From the NCBI GenBank assembly GCA_043228905.1, contig JBHGNT010000008.1, forward strand, positions 3,162,001-3,226,000: DNA of 64,000 bases, written 5' to 3'. Origin of the DNA: Azolla caroliniana. Lineage: Eukaryota; Plantae; Polypodiophyta. A model generated the notes under the pieces. It did not search any database and had not been told where the DNA came from. It was given only the letters and a program-made list of their open reading frames with translations. Shown here in pieces: positions 22,925-36,077 of the stretch. The number at the start of each line of letters is the position of its first letter. Position 1 is the first letter of the stretch. A program made the translations under genes and the position numbers.

Positions 22925-25900
22925 ATGAAAGTGGTAACATGGAATGTGAGAGGGGCATGTTCTCCTCATAAGAAGTCTATACTATGGGAAACTTTGTTAA
23001 GTAGAGAATGGGATGTAGTATGTGCAGTTGAGCATAAGTGTCATGAGTTAGCAGGATCCACAGTGCATTTGCGTGGATATTCATCATTTTATGCAAGACA
23101 TCTTAATAATCATTATTCAGGTATGGTATTAATCGTGAGGGATAAGTATTATCCTCAAGTGGTGCATAATGATCCTTATGGTCGGTTTTTATTTCTAGAA
23201 ATCACTTTTTTTGGCGAGGTTGTGTGGGTGGTTGGGATTTATGCCCCTAACCAAGCCACTCATATTATGGGGTTCACTCCTTCAAACCCTATCTATTGGA
23301 TGTCCAAGATTACTTATGGGCGATTTTAACATGTGTGTTGATGCATTTCAATCCATGTCTGAACATTCAATCATGGATGATCCTGAGCAACTTGCTTGGG
23401 ACTTATTGGCTATGGAGGTTCTGAAGTTGGATGTTTGGACATGGTTGCAAGGGAATGATCTAGGTTTTACCTTCCAATTTGCTCAACATAGACAAACATG
23501 GAGTCGGTTAGATAGAATGTATGTGATGCATGATGATGCTTTTTTACCGACATCACTTCGTATGAACGTTCTACAAGATGTTGGAACTTCAGATCACTTT
23601 CCTATTTGCTTGGAGGTGTGTAATCATGCAATTGACATGTATAAATCTTTACTTGGAAAGCCTCCACTACGCTTTAACTCTTCTCTTTTGCTTCAACCTC
23701 ACTTTGATTCTCTCATGGAGCAAATTTTGGTAAATTTTTCTCAACAAGTGAATCTTAAAGGAGTTAAAGCATGGGATATTACATTACGAAACATTAACAT
23801 CATTCATCATATGTATGGAGTAACCAATGCTCAATGAAGAAGAGGTCTTATTCGACAATTCTCACAAGTTCTCTCTAGGTGTAATGCATTATTGATACAT
23901 ACACCATTAGATGAGGAGCTTTTGGATATTCAGAGTCAATTGCATGTTATTATTTCTCAGTTGCAATGCCAAAGTTATTGTTATGCTAAGATGCGACAAC
24001 TCAAGGAAGGACTCATTGATAATCAATGTCAATCTCATTTGTTTTTCCAAGCATTACATCCTACTTATGCTCGATCTAATGTGGTACATGTGAAGAAAGG
24101 GGATGAATTGATAGTGGATCCTACAACAATAATTGACATATGTCTTCATTACTTTAAGGAGTTGATTGGTCCACAATTGTTAATGACAGATGAGGTGAGT
24201 AGAGCACGTCATGAGTTTTATGATGTGGTTGGATGTATTGTGCATGATCTCATTAGTCATGAATTGGATGCAGATTTCACTGAGGATGAGGTGGATGTAG
24301 TTTTAAGGCATCTTCCTAGTGGTAAGAGCCCTGGTTGGGATGGCTTGACAAATGAAGTTTTTAAGAGGTATTCCAACATTTTAAAGGGGCCCTTGACTTT
24401 GATGTTTCAGCAGTCTTGGGATTCTGGTTGTATGCCTCAAGCTTTGAAGATTGGTCTAATTAAACTAGTTCCAAAGGTGGCATCTCTTGAGTCATTTCAT
24501 CAATGGAGACCTATTTCTTTGATGGGGGGGTTGTACAAGATATTTACGAAGGTCTTGGCAAATAGATTACAAAAGTATTTGCCAAAGTTGATACACCCCA
24601 CCCAATATGGTTTTATTGCAGGTAGAAATATATTGCATAATGTGTTGAATGTTCAAATGGCCATGGATTATGTCATCAAGAATTGATTATGGTGCAATTA
24701 GATTTGGAGAAAGCTTATGATCATGTTAATTGGTCTTTTGTTTCTGGGTTAATGCATACAATGGGCTTTGGACCTCGTATGTCTCGCCTCATATTTTTAT
24801 TAGGACAAGATGCAGTGTCTCGAGTAATGCTTAATGGAAGAGTTACATCAGATATTGCCCTCACAAGATCCATTCGTCAAGGATGCCCTCTTAGCCCATT
24901 GTTGTTTGCTATTGTTACTCATCCTTTGTTAGTGATACTATCAAGACTTGCAATAAATGGTGACATTGTGGGTTTACACCTTCCGTCCGGAGGGCAAATA
25001 GTAGCACAAGCTTTGGCAGATGATTCTTTCATGTTTTTACAAGCCTCACGGGAGAATCTTGAGAAGGGGATGCTTGTATGGAATCAATTTGCATTGGCTT
25101 CCGGATTACATATTAATTGGAGGAAGTCTAGTCTCATATCATGCACTGAACGGGATTTGGAATGTTTAGGATGGCAAGGATCCGTGGTGATGAAAGGCTC
25201 TATTTTTCAACACTTGGGCTATCCATTAGGAATGAATGTTACAAATGGTCAATTGATTGAATGGATGTCTAGTAAGTTGAGGGATAAGTTCATGTATTGG
25301 AAGTCACAATCTTGGCCATTTCATGTTCGCTTGAAGGTTGTACAATGTATTATGGAACCCATGATATTATATTACTTGCCATTATTGCCATGGACAAAGA
25401 AGGCGTTGAATTCTATTTTGCAACCTCTTCGATATTTGTTGTGGAAGAAGAGGGATAAGATGGGAATCACATGGATTGCTTGGAATCATCTAGCAACCCC
25501 TAAGCGATTGGGGGGGGTTGGAATATTGAACTTATCTATGCATATGATGGCTCGTAGATTTTCATTATTACAAGACATGTGTTCAAACTCACAACCATGG
25601 ATATCTATTGTTCGATATTTCATTGAGAACAAGGGTTTAACACATGGGAGGACAACGATTAAGGCTTCATGGTGGCAATTACTGAATGGATGTATTTCAC
25701 TTAGGATTCCGGGTTCTTCATGTGTTCAACACTTAGTTACCTCATGGCAAGAAGCACTCTTGTTATGTGTATGGAAACCATCATCTAGTAGAGAGCATTG
25801 TAACTCTTTGCAAAAAGAGTTACTTGTGTCTTCTCGGTTATTATGTTGGCTAGGAAAGGAGAGATTGCGTTCTCAATTTAATCGTTGGTTTGGTTTGGGG

Positions 25901-26035
25901 GTCAAAGAGGTGGGAGATATAGTTGAGGTTCCATCTCAAAGAGTGATTGCAATGGTACTTCGTACCATACCATGCAAGTCTTCAAATACTTCTCGAGGTC
26001 AACATCTTAGAGGGCAAAGCTCGCGTCAACCATGA
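22925..26035 (+). pseudogene. LINE ORF2 (APE endonuclease + reverse transcriptase) broken by frameshifts and a stop
   Basis: Split over ORFs 22925-23329, 23211-23837, 23892-24686 and 24683-26035. Confidence 0.93.
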
Positions 26036-27191
26036 TTTAAAAAAGCTTGCTAGGTAAGGTTACAATAAGGTAGTAGCTTGTCTTCAAAGACCAAGCGATT
26101 ATCATTGGATGGGATCTAAAATGGGGAGAGCGAAGAAGTGGATGGTTCTCTCTCATTCTTCCCTTACACTTGATAGCTCCTTTCTTTGTCCCCCTTCATG
26201 TTCTAGGAGAGACATCGCTATTCGTAAATCATAAATGAAGTATACAACATGTAAATTATTGCATATTGGGTGGCACATCACCAAATCTAGGTAGCATGTG
26301 CATTTTTTGTGAAGCTTGATGTATATTAAGATCACCTTCTTAAAGAAACAACATGGTGATACAATAGCAACACACTTCCAATTTTGTTGTATAGTTTTGC
26401 TTAAGCCAAGTCCCAAGTGATCGAATCAATAACAAATCAAGCATTAAAACCTTCACATTACTCACCATTCTGTTTAGCCAATCTTACATTTAGATTATGT
26501 TTGGAATGTACATCTAGTATTTTCTTACCAGCTCGTTTCCATCAAAATGTTATCATTATTCTCCCAATATATTCGTATAAACAAGGAAACATCAAACATG
26601 AGATGTTCTCTGAAGTCTAGGGCAAGAATGGAACCTAATCTACTCAATTTCAACATCTTCACATCCATAATTAGATAACTATTTCAAGATCTATTATCAG
26701 ATAATTGTGTAAAAAAGAACTACGATTGAAAGTAGACAAAATCATGGGAGACCAGCTTTAAACTGTAAGGTTCCAAGAACGTGATGTTTCAAGAGCCTTG
26801 CACAAAGCTTCTTTGAGGATCAGACTACAATCATTTGAACTATTTCCATTATCGAGACCTCTTGCAATTCCAAATAATGAAAAAGTGACGAAAATATTTC
26901 AGATTTTTCCATTTAAAGAATAGAATTATGTTTTCAATTTAAAGTTTTTTTCGGATGAGATAAGTTCTCTCCATCGAAATATTAATTTCCCACTTGCAGA
27001 GGATCGATCTTGCTACTTCTGGAGAGCAATAAGAATCTCAAAATATTATCACATTTTTATAATGCCATTTGGCAAGGTTCTCCTGCCTAGAGTCAAGACA
27101 CTAAATAGTGTACATATTTACATATTTGGGTTATTACCTTTATCAAGCAAAGAAGCAAGGAAAACAAAAATTTCACAAGAAAAAAAAGGGA

Positions 27192-29600
27192 CTATTTTGA
27201 GAGAGAGCGCATAAATCTGTTGAGTGAGGCAAAAACTCCCATTGCCTTAGTAAACGGAGATGGTTCCACATTTTCTTCATCATTTTGGCCATCTAGCAAC
27301 AATAACTGCACACAATCACACCATAAAAGATCAGTAAAGGATTGAATCTACAAATGTTTCTATACTATTTGGTATAAGGATCACATATCCAATAAAACTG
27401 TTAATAATTACATCAAGATCATCGGGATATGGCCGTGTCGGCTGTTCCATGGCCAATTTATATCGTCCTGGCTTCTCTTTATCATCAAGAAAGACCTGCC
27501 ATAACCTATATCATAATAACAAAAAAAAAAGTTCAAATGCAAATATATACCATAAAAATACAGTTAAAAAACTGAAACACGACCATAAAAATTTGCATAT
27601 GAATCCTTTAAATATGTAATGCGAAGAAAATTTCAAAATTCAATGAGCTAGATGTATTTGATCAATGAAGAACAATAATGAACATACCCCGGATATCGTC
27701 TGAATATTGCCCCTTCTGCAAGAGGCCTCATATGATAGACCACCGTGAAAGTACTACATCAATCAAGGTTCAACAAGAATGAGTTTATTTGGAAACATTA
27801 GAAGTTAAAAGGGGCACTAACATTGTATATATGTGGAATTTTACCTAATAAACCTATCCCTGAACCTCCTTACATTTAGGCCAATTCCCACATCACCACT
27901 AAAAAGCCTCGGATTCCACATAATTAATGGCCTTGGCTGTCTCAATAGCAAGGAGTAGCACTGTTCAGTTTAATAATAAAAAAGGAGACATTTGTTTTAG
28001 TTCAATAAAAATCATTTATACCCACCCTACTCTCTGTGTCTTCAGCCAGCACTGAAGCAATTTTCTGGACTTCCGATAACATCTGATAATCAGGTACCAC
28101 TAATATAATTACATCGTCGTCATCACTGATCGGCTTCCGATCGTTTAAACTGCAAAATCACCACAAACCATTGTCTTTACAAAGTTAATTGGGATCTCAT
28201 GCCCAGTGCCTAAAATGTACTTAGTCATTAACTCATAGACCTCATGCCCTGTGCCAAACATGTATTTATTCATTAACACTAATGTTGCAGTTGATAACCA
28301 GTCATGTTTGATTCTATTTATAATTCTAATACTTTGCATTCCATACAAAGCTTATTTTTCCCATGGGCTTGTTTGTATATCGATTCTTAGACTAATTATG
28401 ATATCGGCAAAAAGCTACATCTGATGTGTGCCACAATCTACCACTGTTCAGAATGCTTATGTAAAGAGTTTAAGCTACTTTTCTTGAAGGACTATGCTAA
28501 TGCTATAAATTGATAATACATATGCCTGATTGAAGTTTCGGTTTTACTTCCTTAGCATTTGCATCTCTTTGTCTATGGGCATCTTAGACAAGTTTCTATC
28601 TCCCTCCATCACAATTATCAATGGGCTTGATTGACTTTTGGAGGGCATACATCACGATTATCAATGATCTCCCTCCATTTCTATATTGTTAGAGTAGCTT
28701 GAGTCTCCTAAATGGTTTGCTAACAATAATACAGCCATGTATCTTCTGGAGAAACAGCAACTTTATCATGAATACATTGTGAATTACATTATTATACAAA
28801 AATCATTTTAACAGGTTTTCATGTAGGAGGCGAAAACGCTAAACAAATAAGCTTATCAATATAGTAGCATAGTATTACATACTTCAAGATTCCATCCTGA
28901 TCCAACACTCTAAAATGTACAGAGAAACAAATTTGAAGGTTGGTTCTGATATACAAAAACCATATTATACTGTATAAAGTAAAAGCTCTTGAATTTTCAG
29001 TCTACCTCCCAAAGCTAAATTTTGCATCTGGCCAAAGATGCTTCAATAGAGCTGCTGCACCAGCATCTGGAAATATGGCTTTTAATCGCTGCACAAAAGC
29101 TGCATAAGTCAAAATTTATCACTCATAGAGTTGAGCAGACATTTCACAATTATTTCCTATGGGTTTCATCTTACTTTATAACATTACGTTACATTTACCT
29201 GAGTTTTAAGTTCTCCATGCAATGATTCTAAGTAAAGTCTTGCAAGATCCCATAATTTCTGTTGCGCACCTTCTTCATTCAGATTCTCCAACTCTGGCAG
29301 TTGTAATTCAACCTACTTGAAATTCATTCTCACTATCTCTACTTTTTTCTCTCCCCTCTCTTGTATAATATTTTATATGTATACAAATTTTAGCCTCACA
29401 GGTCATTTTGGCCTTTTGAACATATTAACTATAAGATTTCCACTTAACCATTCTCTGCCCCCTCATGACTTCCAGGAAACTACAAATACAATAGTGTGAA
29501 ATGAAATCCCATGGTATTGAGGTTCAGTAAATAGCTCTGTGAACTAATATATAGTTCCATAAAATAAATAAATAGTTAATATAAACCACAGATGCATAAT

Positions 29601-29631
<31 letters not shown>

Positions 29632-31452
29632 CTTAGAAGTTGGGAGGCTTCAATAAAGCTCAATTCTTTTTTTAAAAATGTATTTCCTAATGCCAAATGG
29701 CTGTAATTTCATATAATTTTATATGGAGCGGTTTCCTTTCAAATGAGACTGATTTTTCTGTTGCCCTGATTATTGTTCGTTGAAACTCGTGAACATTATT
29801 TGAAACATTCCTTTCCCTCATATAGGTTAAAACCTCTGATCTCTAGCTATAATTTACTCATATACAAAACCAAAATACATACAATGGCTCTGGTGCCTCC
29901 ACCAGAAATATAGTAGGCTGTTGATTCACTAGAGTGAACAACTGCTCCTTCAATGTCATCTGGCAGTACACTGCAGAAATAATTATTTCATAAGGGAAAA
30001 ATACTTTAAACCAAGAGCAAAATTATTTTTTTAGACACATCAACATCCATTGTCTTCACTAATTGTCCCTTGACATCTACTTCAAAATGGGGTAGATTTT
30101 GCAATTTTCAGATGTGACAAAGAACATAATTTTTTCATTAAGATATTATCTTCATGCTGACTTTGAACACGCCTCTCCCCATAAATTTCATATATTTAGG
30201 ATGAAGACTGTTGAGCCAATGTCCCATAAAAACCTGAGTAATTTGCACTTGCAATTTTTGAAAATTAGCTTTCAATTATGAGCTTGATTGTAAACAAAAT
30301 GGCCATTTTCTGAGCAAGGTTAGAAGAAAGACCTTCAAAATTGCTAAATTTCAAACAAAGGTTTTACAGAACTTTTTGGGAACTGGTTTTATGCTATAGC
30401 TTTCTTAGATAAGTACTTAGTAGAGACCTTGAAATAATGTTTACACATTAAATCGTACTCTTTCCCACTTCAATTTACTTATTGCCATCTTCAGTATCAA
30501 GCCAAGACTATGTGAATCTCTGCAATCAGTACAGCATCGCATTCTTCTTCAACTCAAAAATATAGATAGTAGTACAGCATTTTATAACCTCTACCTTGTA
30601 ATTCTTCTCCATGAGTTATTTTCCTCAGTGAGAATTAGGAATTTCTTTTTTCCCTTTCGTTTTTGTTTTTTGGAGATTCCATGCAATGATTCTCAGTCAT
30701 GTTTGTTACATTCCCCTATTAAAGTAAACAAATAAGTTACACAGCTCAGGGAGGCAAAGAACAAATGGAATTTGCTACATAAGCCGGCTAGAGGGAGTAG
30801 TCATGTCTATAGAAACATAGTAAAGGACATATTAATAGCTGAAAGAAGATTTACATGTTCTCCTTTTACATCCCTTTCAAGGAAAAGACTGGAATATTTT
30901 TGGCCCTCCAAAACCCAAATCCATTCATTGTAAAACGACAGCAATCAGTATATAGAAAGAAATAATAGGTGCATAGAGCCAGAGCAGGCACTTCAGGGTG
31001 GGGCCTGGACGAATCCCCCCATCCAAACAGGAAGTATGGCCGAGCCTTTTTAAGGCATTGATATGTGTCGATTTCTCACTTCTATCGTTTTATCGAGTTC
31101 TATCAATTTCTACAGTCTATAAAAACAGAAGGATTTACCTATCTTCAGCTAGTGTATCATCATATGGATCAGAGAGTTCGGGGATGATCTCCACTTCTCT
31201 ATGATCGATGGTTGTGAAGACAGAGCCATTACTCTGAGCACGAGATTTCGCATCCTGCTCTTCTGATTCTTCTTGGCCTTGTTCGAATCGCTGAAACTTG
31301 GCATGCCTTCGAAACCTCGAGGAGGAGGAGGAGGAGGAAGAAGCAGAAGAAGAAGAAACAAAAGGAGAAGAAGACGGGAGGGGAGAGAAGAGAGAGGGTG
31401 GGAGAGCGTGAAGTGCAGAGGAGAAAGAGAGAATTGTGTGTGCCATAGCCAT
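27192..31452 (-). CDS. Plastid-targeted DUF1995-family protein (At5g27560-like), 9 exons, ~362 aa
   Basis: Exons (-) 31452-31139, 29970-29883, 29312-29199, 29088-29006, 28149-28026, 27936-27845, 27753-27688, 27505-27412, 27305-27192 join in frame (1089 nt). Ser-rich transit peptide; motifs GGTRAIVEL, AIFPDAGAAALLK, VVPDYQML, PRPLIMWNPRL, FRRYPGLWQVF, SLNRFMRSL. Confidence 0.9.
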
Positions 31453-31499
31453 GACACACTGATCTTCTCTCTCTCTGTCTCTCAGTGGGTCTCTGTGTG

Positions 31500-31902
31500 T
31501 AGCAATGGGCACGGTTCGGTTCGGTTTCAAGGCAAATAAACCAAACCGAATCGAAACCAAACCGTTTATATAAAACAAAAACCAATCCAAACCGGTTAGG
31601 GAAAAGTTGAAATCAAATGGAACCATTTAATAAAGAATTTAAACCAAACTAATTAAACATCTAAATAAACAAAAATACATTAAATTAAATAAGCATTTAA
31701 CTTAAATTGATTAAATCAATAAAAAACCATTAAATTAATAAATTATTAAGATAAAAAAAAAGTTAACCCTAAACCCAAGTTTTAGAACCGAACCGAACCG
31801 TTTATCGAAAATCCAAACCATTACATTTTTTGGAACCAATAAACCGTTATACCATGGCTTAACGGTTCGGTTCGGTTTGAGCCAAAACCGTGCCCATTGC
31901 TA
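31500..31902. mobile_element. hAT-type MITE (AACCG-rich), TAGCAATGGG family
   Basis: Terminal inverted repeats TAGCAATGGGCACGGTT / AACCGTGCCCATTGCTA; flanks TCTGTGTG / TGTGTGTG give a 7/8 match TSD. Confidence 0.88.
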
Positions 31903-32742
31903 TGTGTGTGTGGTCTAGGGTTTTGGAAATATCAGTCCATACCCCTCCCTTCAAAGCCATAAGTTTTCTAAAATATCACATCATACCTCTCCACTTCAAG
32001 AAATAGAATCCCAAGAGTAGTTTTTCTGGTATATAGATAAGAGGATCTCAATAGATTCTACCGGATGTGGAGAATCTGAATCTCACCCACCCAAAATTCG
32101 AACTTCGTTCTAATCTCTTTTCTTTTCTTAAACAATACTAGAACAATTTCATATAATGCCCTTGTTATTTACTTTATTTCCTTGAGTTAATCACAATGCT
32201 TTCTCATCAAGGGGTATGATGGGGAATATTGAGATTTTTCATCCGGTCGCAAATACATTACTATGTTGACACCCGAAACACTTAAAATCACACATGTCAA
32301 TTACACAATGCAACCTCATCAACTTATAAAATCCACTACTACCTAAGACCACCCAATGTGTTCACCACACGCATTGTCATTGACAATACCTAAGAGCAGA
32401 TATTGTATATTGCAAATACAAGAGGAATGGCCTCTCACTCAATCTAGCCTCCGCTTTTCAATGTCATCATTGTGGTTGTATTTAACATCAACACCTAGCT
32501 GCTAACAATGGCACATGTTGCAAGGTTGATAATCGTGTAAAATCCCCCCCACCCCCTTTGTCTTATGAGAAAAAGGATTGATTATTATGATCTCTATGAG
32601 TATCAGTATTTTCTATACATTAGGGCCAAAAATCTGACTTGTGATCATTTCAAGGGTAACAATATCAAGAGAATCAACATGTCACACTTTTGCATTATAT
32701 GGTAAACTCGTATGAATATTCTCGTCACATACACAATTATAT

Positions 32743-34100
32743 TGTGGTGTGCATGTGTTCCTTTATGCCACCCTTTTAGCACACCCTTTTTAGCTAAGCC
32801 AACCCAAAAAGGTACCTTTGTATCAACTATAAATTGAGTAAGAAGTAAGAAGCTAACTAGGTTGGTTTTTATCTCTTATGTGCATTTCACATATTGATGG
32901 AGATGCGGGGTACCAATCCCCCACATCCAAGCATCCACCTCTTCCCACTCACCTTAGGTTGCCCACTTACTTCTTGTCCCACGAGTTTCTCTAATCCCCC
33001 TCCTACACGATAGCCCTCTTGTCCCCCACCTCAACCAAGTCCAAGTGGCCCTTACTCCACAAGAGCAATTTATCTTTATCCGCCGGTTGCTAGCTCATTT
33101 TCCATCACTAGCCTTGTCCAACTATCAGGGCCGACAGTTCCACGAGGATGTCCTCAACGCCGTTGCAACTCAACTCGGTGTCCAACCAATGTTTACGTCC
33201 TCATACCATCCTCAAACAAATGGCCTCACCAAACGCCTCAACAAGACCCTCAAGAAGGAGATTGCCGCTTACATCGATCCATGCCACAAAACCTGGGATC
33301 AAATCTTGCCTTTCATCACCCACGCCTATATATAATACATCTGTACAAGCATCGACATGGATCAACCCTTTTTTAGCACTCTATGGGCATAACCCTCGCC
33401 TCCCACCAAAATCGTCTATTGATGTCCATTCAAAACTTGTCAACATGGATAGTGCCATTTGGGGGACTCTATCTCCAACAGATGCTCCCCCTCCTTTGAC
33501 AAGCCACAACTCATGTTCTTTTTCCTGTTCCTACTCCTTAGTCTCTTGTTTCTCTCAGGGGAGAAATGCGGTGTGCTGTCACAGACACACCAATTGCGGA
33601 CTCAGACGGAGCACGAATGATAAGGCTACGAGGAATTTTAGAAGCTAGGAACGACATAAGAGAATGAAGACAGAGATGAAGAAGGACACAAGATGGAATG
33701 AAACAAGAATACTAGATTAATGTGTCAATGACTTGTGTTGAATCCCTTGGAAGGGACCAAGAAGGTTACAAGTTACGAGATTGAATATCTCTAGAATATA
33801 CCATACAATATCTCTAGAATATACTACTGACTAGAATATTCTGATTCTGAAATGTATTATACACTAGACTATAGAATACTACACCATCCTATACAAATGT
33901 ATGGTCATGTCAAAGTGGTTGAGCATGACATCTCGTTGATGTGAGGTTGCAGGTTCAATTCTCATTAACTATATATTTGATGTCAATGTGTCATGACATG
34001 TGCATGTGTTCCTTTATGCCACCCTTTTAAGGATGCATGTACCTAAGCCGACCCACCCTTTTAGCGCACCCTTTTTAGCTAAGCTAACCCAAATAGGTGT
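32743..34100 (+). mobile_element. Short-LTR non-autonomous Gypsy derivative (TRIM-like), copy 1
   Basis: 5' LTR TGTGGTGTGCA...ATTTCACA (~32743-32891); PBS TGATGGAGATGCGGGGTAC; integrase fragment (TSSYHPQTNGLTKRLNKTLK...WDQILPFI); PPT CAGGGGAGAAA. The 3' LTR starts at ~33567, is interrupted by a solo LTR and is truncated near 34100. Confidence 0.85.
33577..33998 (-). mobile_element. Solo LTR (422 bp) inserted in the 3' LTR of the TRIM-like element
   Basis: TGTCA...TGACA termini with a perfect 5-bp TSD TGTGC (33572-33576 / 33999-34003). Orientation is inferred from R/U5-like composition. Confidence 0.85.
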
Positions 34101-34419
34101 AAAGTCCTCATCTCCTCATGAGAATATGCTTCGACCTCCAAACCATCATCACTCATCCTTATCCAACACATAAATTCTACTTCCTTAAGTCCACATCATC
34201 CATCTCGCCAAATGCACCAAAATCCTGCACATACAACAATACAATGAGTCTTGTTTCCTCATCCCCTCATGAGAGTATGCTTCACCCCCCACACCCTCAT
34301 CACTCATCCTTATCCAAAAATATACATTTTGCTTCATCGAGTCCACATCAAACTTCTCGTTGATTATTGCCAAAACTTGTACATACAAACAACTAAATTA
34401 GTCTAGTCTTCTAAAAGGG

Positions 34420-36012
34420 ATTTATGCCTAGGAATGAGTTGTGGAAAAAGTTATGCTTGCTATCTCTTCGTAACATTAAACCTACAATAGGAGGACAGTG
34501 GCAAGATAGTTTCGATGGTTGTTTAACTTATAATGTTGGTTCTAGGAGATTCTTTACAGGTATTTTGAGGGCATGGAAGGACATTAGAGAGGCTCTCCTA
34601 TTTCAACTTCCATCAACATAAGTCCAATTTTTAAGGCAGCCGTTGTTATGGAATCCATTGTTTACTGATAACTCTAGCTGTGTTTTAGGAATTAGACTGT
34701 GTTTATTGTGGGGAAAAATGGACTCGGGACCAGCTACCCTCAATGGCTGCTTGGGAGCGGTTTCAACAAATGAACAAGAGAGTAGGATTCTCCCCTTTTC
34801 CCAATACTCTGTGGCATATGGGAGACGTTTTTTGATGCACCATCATTGCGTAAATCCTGTTGCACAAAAGTATTGGGAGTCATATGCTATATTGCATCAA
34901 TATATGGCGGCTTATTAGAAATGTTTATGGGCTCTACCATGTATACGGAGAGCAATTTCTTTTAAGTGATTAATGCTTCATTATGCTTTACTTGTAGGTT
35001 TTCATTTAAAAGGACAAGTTGATGATCGCCATTGTGTGTGTTACCAAGTCTAGGAGGAAACTTTGAAACATTTGTTTTGGACTTGTAGTGTAGCTTGACA
35101 GTATTGGGGAAGAATATTGAGGATATTATCTTATAAATATAAGGGAGTAGTTTTTACATGGGGGCCCGTTTTCTAGGGGTCTTTGGATGTGTAGGTATCT
35201 TTGTACGAGGCGGAGGAATGCACATAAGCATTACGTGTGTTGGAGAATACAACTGAAGCAGTTCTTCCTAACATTCTTGGTGGTAAATTTTTTAGAAATT
35301 CTTTTGTTTGGAATATTGTTTCAGTTAATGCTTTATGGGTGTGGTGGAAGTGTCGTTGCAACAAGAAATATGAAGGCATCGAGTACAATGTGATGGATAT
35401 GATTAAGATGTTGTGGGACAACTTGGTGCACACAATTAAGGGAGAGTATGATAGTATTAAAGGAACACTGGAAAAGGTGCATAAGAAAAGGCGAAAAATT
35501 CGTAAAATATGGTGGCCAATACCTCTCTGGTTGGATGAGTCACATGAAGGTCGTTGGAATTATGTTCCACCACGTTGGCTATTCCCTCCCCCTAGTCCTT
35601 TCTTATTTCAAACATAATTGTGAGGTATATAGTTTCTTCTTTCCTCTTTATCTTATAGGTTGACAGAAAGGACATAAACGAGGCGGATGGGATTGGGGCA
35701 GTCCACAAGACTGACAGGGGCGAGGTGGTGGATGCGGAAAATGAAGCATGATAAGAGTACATGATTTTGGTGGTAAATCAACAAGAGTGAGATGGTTGAT
35801 GTGGATTAATGAAGCACAATTCATGCTTTTGATAAGGATGAGTGTTGGTGGTGTGGGGGTTGAAACATAGTCTCTTTAGAAGACTAGACTCATTTAGTTG
35901 TTTGTATGTACAAGATTTTGGCAGTAATCAGCGAGAAGTTTGATGTGGACTTGAAGAAGCAAAATGCATGTTTTCGTTAAGGATGAGTGTTGGTAGTGTG
36001 GGGGCTGAAGCA
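34420..36012 (+). mobile_element. 5'-truncated, degenerate LINE (ORF2 C-terminus with zf-RVT-like motif, plus repeat-containing 3' UTR)
   Basis: CVCYQV*EETLKHLFWTCSVA*QYW motif, followed by ALWVWWKCRC; many stops. Confidence 0.72.
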
Positions 36013-36077
36013 TGAGCATTTAGTGTCTTACTTGTTTTGTTTAGGGGGAACCTTTTCAGAATATCTATTAAATATAT

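Larger units (their letters stand above)
21134..26090 (+). mobile_element. L1-clade LINE retrotransposon, near full length, inactivated; 3' end unclear
   Basis: Begins after a (GA)n tract. ORF1 has a CCHC knuckle. ORF2 has endonuclease motifs (TWNVRG, GDFN, SRLDRMY, SDHFP) and RT motifs (GKSPGWDG, WRPISL, LDLEKAYD, RQGCPLSPLLF, LADD). Confidence 0.95.

Noticed and set aside
27192-31452. Calling the DUF1995 gene LPA3
   Set aside because: It lacks the FPxDY and EIEFPT..L motifs I recall for LPA3 and fits the At5g27560-like subgroup better, so no symbol is given.
33901-33975. Functional tRNA gene
   Set aside because: The T-stem is disrupted, the anticodon loop is ambiguous and it lies inside an LTR; reported only as a tRNA-like module.
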